The notes under the pieces were generated by a model that worked only from the letters and a program-made list of their open reading frames with translations, searched no databases and was not told where the DNA came from. From NCBI GenBank assembly GCA_023819375.1, contig JAMWDI010000006.1, positions 35,730 through 99,729 on the forward strand: DNA of 64,000 bases. The letters run 5' to 3'. Origin of the DNA: Candidatus Omnitrophota bacterium. GTDB taxonomy: Bacteria > Ratteibacteria > UBA8468 > B48-G9 > JAFGKM01. Position numbers and translations under genes: made by a program. Shown here in pieces: positions 57,924-64,000 of the stretch. Within the stretch, counting starts at the first letter, position 1. Each line of letters starts with the position of its first letter.

Positions 57924-58807
57924 ATCTTGAGACGAGAAGAACTTTTTTCAATCCAATCAATAACAATAGCAGAAGCAATAAAAATGGAAGAATAAGTTCC
58001 AAAAATAAATCCAATCATAAGACAAAAAGCAAAATTATGTAATGTTTCACCACCAAAAAGGAAAATTGTAAACACAACAAAAAGTGTAGTTAAAACAGTA
58101 AGAAGAGTTCTGCTTAATGTTTCATTTATACTCTTGTTAAATACAGATAGATAATCAGTACTTCGTGTTTTTCTAATATTTTCTCTTATTCTATCAAAAA
58201 TAACAACAGTATCATTGACAGAATATCCTACGATTGTCAGTAGACCTGCAATTATCATTCCATCTATTTGTTTGCCAGTTAGAATTAATACTGACAAAAC
58301 AATCAAAATATCGTGAAATACTGCAATTGTTGCTCCAACAGCAAATTTAAATTCAAATCTTATAGTTAAATAAATAAGAATACCTATTAAACCAATTAAA
58401 AATGCTTTAAGTGCTTTCTTTCTTAAAGTAATACTCATAGAAGGTGAAATTACAGATTTTCCTTTTACTGTAAAAGTATCACCAAATTTTTCTTTTAATT
58501 TTTGTATAACAATGTCAGAAGTTTTTGAAGGTAAACGCATTAGGTAGTTTTTCTTTGTAGTTCCCAATTCTTGAACAGTAAATGAGCCAATTTTTATTTC
58601 CGAAATTAATTTTCTCAAAGTTACAATATCTATCTTTTCTTTAAATTCTATATTTATCAAATCACCACCAACAAAATCAACTCCAAAGTTTTTTTCTCCC
58701 TTAATTATTAAAAAAATCAGGCCAATAATAATTAGCGAAGTAGAAAAAACATAAAAAATTTTTCTTTTACTTAAAAAATCAAAATTTGTATTTTTTATAA
58801 GTTCCAT
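57920..58807 (-). CDS. secF: protein translocase subunit SecF
   Basis: 295 aa. FDFLSKRKIFY at the N-terminus, and GYSVNDTVVIFDRIREN. Confidence 0.9.
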   Translation of the reverse strand: MELIKNTNFDFLSKRKIFYVFSTSLIIIGLIFLIIKGEKNFGVDFVGGDLINIEFKEKIDIVTLRKLISEIKIGSFTVQELGTTKKNYLMRLPSKTSDIVIQKLKEKFGDTFTVKGKSVISPSMSITLRKKALKAFLIGLIGILIYLTIRFEFKFAVGATIAVFHDILIVLSVLILTGKQIDGMIIAGLLTIVGYSVNDTVVIFDRIRENIRKTRSTDYLSVFNKSINETLSRTLLTVLTTLFVVFTIFLFGGETLHNFAFCLMIGFIFGTYSSIFIASAIVIDWIEKSSSRLKI

Positions 58808-58808
58808 T

Positions 58809-60131
58809 TTATATCCTCAATCTTTCAATTTTTCTATTTATTATTATCCAGTCAACTATTGTTTTAGTTACAAATACTGCTGTAAATAAATTGGCAATAA
58901 TACCTATACTTAAAGTTAATCCAAATCCTTTAATAGGTCCTTCACCAAATGTGAATAAAATCAAGCCAGTTATTAAAGTTGTTATATTTGAATCAATTAT
59001 GGCACTCCATGCTTTATAATACCCAGCGTCAACACTTGCCTTAGGAGATTTTCCTGACTTTAATTCTTCTCTTATTCTTTCAAATATCAATATATTTGCA
59101 TCAACTGCCATGCCACATGTCAAAGCAATACCTGCTATTCCAGGTAAAGTTAAAACACCTTTTATTGCACATATTACTCCAATTAGAATTAAAATGTTTA
59201 ATGCAAGTGCAAAATCTGCAAGTAAACCAAAATAGAGATAATAAAAAATCATAAATATAACAACTATTATTGCTCCATATAAGGATGCTTTAACTCCTTT
59301 TTGTATATACTCTTTTCCAAGAGTTGGTCCAATGATTTCTTGATAAATGATATTTAATTTTGCAGGTAGTGCTCCAGATCTTAAAACTATTGCAAGTTCT
59401 TTAGCTTCTGCTAAAGTAAATTTTCCTGTAATAACTGCTTTTCCTTCTGGAATTCTTTCTTTTATTTGGGGAGTACTTTTGACAACTCCATCCAAAACAA
59501 TAGCGAGTCTTTTTCCAATATTTTTTGCTGTAACTTCTTCAAAAATTTTTGCTCCTTCTTTGTCAAAGATTAAATTTACATCAGGAAAACCAGTTCTATC
59601 ATATCCAACATAAGCATCTACAATATATTTTCCAGTTATTTCAGGCTCTTTTTTTAAAAGTAGTGGATAAGTTTCTCTATAGATTCCTCTTTCATCTTTT
59701 TCTTTCATATAAACCAATTCATATCCTTCTGGAATATTACCACTTAAAGCCTGCTTGTATAAATTTTCATTTTCTTCTACAAGTTTAAATTCAAGTAAAG
59801 CAGTTTGTCCAATAATTTCTATTGCTTTTTCAGGATTTTGAACACCGGGTAAATCTACAACTATTCTATCTATTCCTTCTTTTTGTATTATTGGTTCAGC
59901 AACTCCAAGAGCATCTATCCTGTTTCTTATTATTTCAAGGGCCCTTTCTGTTAAATCTGAAGTCAATTTTGCATCTACATTTTTTTCTTTTTCTATTTCA
60001 AGAACAATATGAACTCCACCCTGCAAATCTAACCCTTTTTTAATTTTTTTCTCTGGTGGATAAATAGAGTAAATACATAATCCTATTACAGCCAGAATTA
60101 CTCCAAATTTAATTAAAAATTCCCTTTTCAT
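58809..60131 (-). CDS. secD: protein translocase subunit SecD (short form)
   Basis: 440 aa. [24 protein letters not shown] and [17 protein letters not shown]. Confidence 0.9.
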   Translation of the reverse strand: MKREFLIKFGVILAVIGLCIYSIYPPEKKIKKGLDLQGGVHIVLEIEKEKNVDAKLTSDLTERALEIIRNRIDALGVAEPIIQKEGIDRIVVDLPGVQNPEKAIEIIGQTALLEFKLVEENENLYKQALSGNIPEGYELVYMKEKDERGIYRETYPLLLKKEPEITGKYIVDAYVGYDRTGFPDVNLIFDKEGAKIFEEVTAKNIGKRLAIVLDGVVKSTPQIKERIPEGKAVITGKFTLAEAKELAIVLRSGALPAKLNIIYQEIIGPTLGKEYIQKGVKASLYGAIIVVIFMIFYYLYFGLLADFALALNILILIGVICAIKGVLTLPGIAGIALTCGMAVDANILIFERIREELKSGKSPKASVDAGYYKAWSAIIDSNITTLITGLILFTFGEGPIKGFGLTLSIGIIANLFTAVFVTKTIVDWIIINRKIERLRI

Positions 60132-60505
60132 TTATATACTTCCTTAGGTTCAAATATTTTTTCTTTAACGATTTTAACCTCTCCATTTTCATATTTTCTA
60201 AAAAAACAAGTATAATAACCTTGATGACATGCACCACCCTTTTGATCTACTTTAAAAAGTAAAGTATCTCCATCGCAGTCAATGTAAATTTCTTTAACAT
60301 ACTGGAAATTACCAGATTCTTCACCTTTAAGCCATAATTTTTTTCTGCTTCTGCTGTAATAAAACATTTTACCTGTTTGTAAAGTTTTTTCTATCGCTTC
60401 TTTATTCATCCACGCAACCATCAAAACATTTCCATTCATATCTTGAATGACTGCTGTTACTAAACCTTTTTCATCAAACTTAATTAAATTGAAAAATTTT
60501 TCCAT
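60128..60505 (-). CDS. hisI: phosphoribosyl-AMP cyclohydrolase
   Basis: GLVTAVIQD...[29 protein letters not shown] and DCDGDTLL. I prefer the ATG at 60505 (MEKFF). Confidence 0.85.
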   Translation of the reverse strand: MEKFFNLIKFDEKGLVTAVIQDMNGNVLMVAWMNKEAIEKTLQTGKMFYYSRSRKKLWLKGEESGNFQYVKEIYIDCDGDTLLFKVDQKGGACHQGYYTCFFRKYENGEVKIVKEKIFEPKEVYK

Positions 60506-60516
60506 TTTACTATAAT
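60489..60516 (+). promoter_or_regulatory. candidate sigma70-type promoter positioned for a leaderless transcript of the MGMT-domain gene
   Basis: TTGAAA (60489-60494), a 16-nt spacer, then TATAAT (60511-60516). Only 7 nt separate the -10 box from the ATG at 60524, and no SD is present. Confidence 0.45.
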
Positions 60517-60523
60517 TTAAATA

Positions 60524-60796
60524 ATGAGAAAACAAAATAAAAATACCATAAAAAAAAAATTATGGCAAGTTTTATTAAAAATTCCAATAGGTCAGACAAA
60601 AAGTTATTCAGAAATAAGTAAAAAACTTGGATTAGAAAAAAAAGTAAGATTTATTTCTAAACTTTTAAAAGAAAACCCTTATCCTATATCAATTCCTTGT
60701 CATAGAGTTATTCATAAAAATGGAAAAATAGGAAAATATCTTTATGGTTCTGATTTTAAAAAGTTTTTGATTGAATGGGAGAAATTCTTTGTTTAA
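60524..60796 (+). CDS. minimal methylated-DNA-protein-cysteine methyltransferase (C-terminal MGMT domain only)
   Basis: 90 aa. The active-site motif IPCHRVI has the Cys intact, and an HTH-like [12 protein letters not shown] precedes it. Confidence 0.75.
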   Translation: MRKQNKNTIKKKLWQVLLKIPIGQTKSYSEISKKLGLEKKVRFISKLLKENPYPISIPCHRVIHKNGKIGKYLYGSDFKKFLIEWEKFFV

Positions 60797-60823
60797 AAAA
60801 ATTTCATATACTGAGATTGAAAA

Positions 60824-60832
60824 TGATATAAT
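60824..60832 (+). promoter_or_regulatory. candidate extended -10 element upstream of acsC
   Basis: TGATATAAT (TGnTATAAT) lies 30 nt upstream of the ATG at 60862. A strong SD, AAGGGAGGG, sits at 60847-60855. Confidence 0.35.
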
Positions 60833-60861
60833 TAAAACAATGAAGAAAGGGAGGGAAAAAA

Positions 60862-62190
60862 ATGGCTTTAAAACCACTTGATATATTTAAATATCTACCT
60901 AAAACAAATTGTAAAGAATGTGGATATCCTACATGTCTTGCATTTGCAATGCAAATAGCAATAGGAAAAGCAGACCTTTCTCAATGTCCATATGTAAGTG
61001 AAGAAGCAAAACAACAACTTGCAAGTGAAAGTGCTCCTCCTATTAAAACAATAACAGTTGGAAATAAAGAAAAAATCAATCTTGGTGGTGAAACAGTTTT
61101 ATACAGGCATGAAAAAACATTTTATAATCCACCTGGAATTGGAGTTTTAATTACTGAAGATATGGAAGATGCTGAAATTGAGAATGAAATTAAAAATATT
61201 GTAGAATTCAAATATGAGCGTGTAGGAGTTGTTATGAAAGGAGAATTTATAGGTATTCAAGATAAGGGAAAAGGAAGATTTATTGAATTAGTAAATAAAT
61301 GTTACCAAACAGGAAAAAATTTAATATTAATAAGCGATAATGTTCAAAATTTACAACAAAGTTTAGATTTATGTAAAGATGTAAAACCAATAATTTTTCC
61401 TAACGATACTAAAGATGAAATTTTAAAACTTGTAAAAGAATTTAGCCTTCCTGTTGTTGTAAAAGGAGAAAATTTAGATGAATTGGCTCAAAAAGTTGAT
61501 AAAATTAAAAATTATGGAATTGAGGAAATTATTTTATATCCAGAAAATAAAAATATAAAGGAAATTTTTAAAAACATTGTTTTAATAAGAAGAGCCGCTA
61601 TACTGAGAAGAATCAAAAATTTTGGTTTTCCTGTATTGACAATTCCTGCTTTTCTAACTGATAACTATTTAGAAGAAGGTATTTATGCAGGTATTTTTAT
61701 AGCAAAATATGGAAGTATTATTCTTCTTTCAAAAATAAGAGGTGAAATCCTTTTTCCTCTTCTTATAGAAAGACTAAATATATTCACCGATCCACAGAGA
61801 CCAATGACTACTCCAGAGGGTATTTATGAAATTGGAAAAGTAAATGAGAATTCGCCAGTTTTTGTTACAACTAATTTTTCATTAACATATTTTATTGTTT
61901 CTAGTGAAATAGAAAATTCTAAAATTCCTGCTTATTTACTTATTCAGGATACTGAAGGTTTATCAGTATTAACTGCTTGGGCAGCAGATAAGTTTAATGC
62001 AGAAACAATTGCTAATCTTGTTAAGAAAACAAAAATTGGTGAAAAAGTCAAAAAGAAAGTTTTAATAATTCCTGGGGTTGTTGCTCAAATATATGGAGAA
62101 TTAGAAGAGGAACTACCTGATTGGAAAATTATTTTGGGGCCAAGAGAAGCATCTCATATTCCAACATTTTTGAAAAGCGTAGAACTTTAA
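60862..62190 (+). CDS. acsC: corrinoid iron-sulfur protein large subunit (acetyl-CoA synthase complex gamma subunit, AcsC/CdhE)
   Basis: 442 aa. The N-terminal [4Fe-4S] motif is LPKTNCKECGYPTCLAFAMQIAIGKADLSQCPY, followed by a TIM-barrel and a corrinoid-binding C-terminal domain of the expected size. Confidence 0.85.
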   Translation: MALKPLDIFKYLPKTNCKECGYPTCLAFAMQIAIGKADLSQCPYVSEEAKQQLASESAPPIKTITVGNKEKINLGGETVLYRHEKTFYNPPGIGVLITEDMEDAEIENEIKNIVEFKYERVGVVMKGEFIGIQDKGKGRFIELVNKCYQTGKNLILISDNVQNLQQSLDLCKDVKPIIFPNDTKDEILKLVKEFSLPVVVKGENLDELAQKVDKIKNYGIEEIILYPENKNIKEIFKNIVLIRRAAILRRIKNFGFPVLTIPAFLTDNYLEEGIYAGIFIAKYGSIILLSKIRGEILFPLLIERLNIFTDPQRPMTTPEGIYEIGKVNENSPVFVTTNFSLTYFIVSSEIENSKIPAYLLIQDTEGLSVLTAWAADKFNAETIANLVKKTKIGEKVKKKVLIIPGVVAQIYGELEEELPDWKIILGPREASHIPTFLKSVEL

Positions 62191-62201
62191 GGGGGGTGAC
62201 A

Positions 62202-63077
62202 ATGATTTTAATAGGTGAAAATATAAATATAATGAATAAAAAAATAAAGTTTGCAATGGTTGAAAGAAAAAAAGAGATTATTCAAAAAATTGCAATTGAA
62301 AGTAAAGAAAATGGAATGAATTTTCTTGACATAAATATTGGTCCTGCAAGAAAAGATGGCCCATTTTTGATGGAATGGATTATAAAAATAATTAGAGAAG
62401 TTTGCGATTTACCTCTTTCATTAGATACCACAAATATAGAAGCAATTAAAGTTGGTCTTGAAATGGAGGGAGAAAGAGCAATGATAAATTCTATTCAGGC
62501 AACAGAAGAACGTATGGAAGAACTTTTGCCTTTCGTGAAAAAATATAACTGTAAATTTATAGGTTTACTTCTTAGTAAAGAAGGAATGCCGAGAGATGAA
62601 AATGAAAGAGGAGCGATAGCAGCAAATTTTCTTGCTAAAATTGATGAATATGGAATATCTCATTCTTTGGTTTATTTTGACCCCATAGTTCTTCCTGTTA
62701 GATTTCAGCAAGAACAGGTTGTTGCAGTTATTGAGTTCATGAAAATGTTTAAGGAACTTTTTCCAGATTGTAATTCAACCTGTGGGCTTTCAAATGTTTC
62801 TAATGGAGCATTAAACGAATTAAGAGGATTGATAAATAGAACTTATCTTGTTATGCTTTGGAAATATGGGTTAAGTAGTGCTATTGTGGATGCTTATGAT
62901 AAAGAACTAATTGCTATTATTAAAGGAGAAAAAGAAAATATTAAAAATTTGATATGGAAGGCAATGGATAATGAAATAGATTTGAAAGGGCTTTCTGAAG
63001 AAGAAAGGAATTATGTTAAAACAGTTTATATTCTCCAAGGGAAATCAATATATTCTGATTCATATTTAAAACTTTAA
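62202..63077 (+). CDS. acsE: methyltetrahydrofolate:corrinoid/iron-sulfur protein methyltransferase
   Basis: I prefer the start MILIGENINIMNKKI, with its ATG at 62202 and a GGGGGGTGA SD. LDINIGPA and LSLDTTNIEAIKVGLE parallel the Moorella MeTr pterin-binding motifs. Confidence 0.85.
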   Translation: MILIGENINIMNKKIKFAMVERKKEIIQKIAIESKENGMNFLDINIGPARKDGPFLMEWIIKIIREVCDLPLSLDTTNIEAIKVGLEMEGERAMINSIQATEERMEELLPFVKKYNCKFIGLLLSKEGMPRDENERGAIAANFLAKIDEYGISHSLVYFDPIVLPVRFQQEQVVAVIEFMKMFKELFPDCNSTCGLSNVSNGALNELRGLINRTYLVMLWKYGLSSAIVDAYDKELIAIIKGEKENIKNLIWKAMDNEIDLKGLSEEERNYVKTVYILQGKSIYSDSYLKL

Positions 63078-63080
63078 AAA

Positions 63081-63641
63081 ATGGAAAAAGGATATTTAGA
63101 AGTTTTTGAAGAAACATGGGAAAAAACTAAAAATTTAATTGAGAAAGGATTTATTAAAAATATTAAAATTGAAAATAATAGAATCATTCTCCCTTATCTT
63201 GATAAAAAGGTTGAAATTGATCTTAAAACTAAAAAATTCAATCCTGAAGTAAGCGAAAAAGAAAAAATTTTAATACTTCATTACATTTGCAAAAATAAAG
63301 ACACATTTTCGGATGAGTTAATTACTTTTAAAAATCTTATAAATGGAAATTTTTACTTCCCTTCAATTTATTCTCGAGTTTATGTTCCCTTAATAGAGAA
63401 ATATAGAGAAAAACCTGAAAATTTTATAGAGAAAATGTTGGAAATTGGGGGCATAAAAATTTCTGAAAATATTATAAAAATAAATGTTTTTCCAAACGTT
63501 TTTTTTATTTTTGAAGTTATACCTGCAGATGATGAATTTCCATTTGATTTAAAAATCTACTTTAATAAAAGAGCAAGTGACATTTTTGAAATAGAAGACC
63601 TTGTGATAATAGGAGAAATAATAGTTTCAAAAATTGTATAA
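63081..63641 (+). CDS. hypothetical protein coupled to acsE (possibly DUF3786-like; unverified)
   Basis: 186 aa, starting 3 nt after the acsE stop. I recognise no catalytic motif. The family guess rests on size and on recalled neighbourhood association with corrinoid/acs clusters only. Confidence 0.35.
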   Translation: MEKGYLEVFEETWEKTKNLIEKGFIKNIKIENNRIILPYLDKKVEIDLKTKKFNPEVSEKEKILILHYICKNKDTFSDELITFKNLINGNFYFPSIYSRVYVPLIEKYREKPENFIEKMLEIGGIKISENIIKINVFPNVFFIFEVIPADDEFPFDLKIYFNKRASDIFEIEDLVIIGEIIVSKIV

Positions 63642-63659
63642 AAAAAAGGGGGGGTGAGA

Positions 63660-63905
63660 ATGGTTGAAATTTACAAGGATAGAATAGAGGGCCTTTATTG
63701 TAAATGTACTAAAGGAGAAATAGCAGTTTTTAAAATTGGAGAAGATAAGATTAAATGTATCTACTGTGGGAATGAAATAAGATGTAAACCACCTATAGAA
63801 TTTGTCTGGAAAGAAAGATGTGCTAATTGTGAAGGTAAAATGTCTACTTTTATAATTGATTCAACTGGTTTAAAAATCTGTTCAAGGTGCGGTTTAACAA
63901 GATAA
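63660..63905 (+). CDS. small 4x Cys-pair zinc-ribbon protein
   Basis: The ATG at 63660 follows a GGGGGGGTGAG SD. Cys pairs are CKC, CIYC, CANC and CSRC, spaced about 17-20 aa apart. Confidence 0.5.
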   Translation: MVEIYKDRIEGLYCKCTKGEIAVFKIGEDKIKCIYCGNEIRCKPPIEFVWKERCANCEGKMSTFIIDSTGLKICSRCGLTR

Positions 63906-64000
63906 AATTTTTTAAAATTAATTAAAAATATCCCAAATCCTATCAGAAAAATACCAAGAAGAAGTGATAGGTATTTTAAATATTTTTCTTCAATAAATTT

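Noticed and set aside
63770-64000. A minus-strand frame open from the right edge (…KFIEEKYLKYLSLLLGIFLIGFGIFLINFKKFY…) that would end near 63770.
   Set aside because: Only the last part of this frame is visible, and it would overlap the zinc-ribbon gene by about 135 nt. That gene has a strong SD and four regular Cys pairs. A membrane-protein gene may end near 63906-63960, but I cannot fix its stop or its function from this fragment.

Overview
Very AT-rich, extremely gene-dense bacterial chromosomal window: about 65 protein genes, with almost no intergenic gap over 100 nt. My hand spot counts give about 17% GC at 8161-8220 and about 37% GC at 52261-52320. I saw no rRNA, tRNA, CRISPR array, transposase or integrase.

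Housekeeping content:
- valS (5' part), yajC, a LonC-type protease, iorAB, aroE, lysA, argH, topA, purA and icd.
- A plsX-fabH-fabD-fabG-acpP-fabF operon, then rpmF, coaD, rsmD and secDF.
- Wood-Ljungdahl genes acsC and acsE at the right edge, which points to an anaerobic, probably uncultivated lineage.

The outstanding feature is a roughly 25 kb envelope-glycan supercluster (7177-32895) with two halves:
- Outer-face half (7177-19158): six GT-C-fold (GT39/ArnT/PMT-like) membrane glycosyltransferases in paralogous pairs. They are interleaved with two polyprenyl-phosphate-sugar synthase-like GT2 enzymes, a CE4 deacetylase, a SAM methyltransferase and a URO-D/MtaA-like protein.
- Cytoplasmic, Wzx-type half (19134-32363): four GT4 enzymes, gmd, a sugar nucleotidyltransferase, an AsnB-type amidotransferase, a secreted HEAT-repeat protein and a tandem pair of radical SAM enzymes (one B12-domain-like, one SPASM). 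A GbsR/MarR-like regulator heads it.
- I could not recognise an initiating phosphoglycosyltransferase, a Wzy polymerase or a ligase anywhere in the cluster.

Secondary oddities:
- A Soj-type ParA paired with a 124-aa RHH-like protein instead of ParB.
- An acyl-CoA dehydrogenase embedded in a fab operon that lacks fabZ and fabI.
- A ThuA-Gfo/Idh/MocA fusion protein.
- Candidate leaderless promoters.
- Two uncharacterised genes coupled to acsE.

All functional calls come from reading motifs in the supplied translations. No database search was possible.
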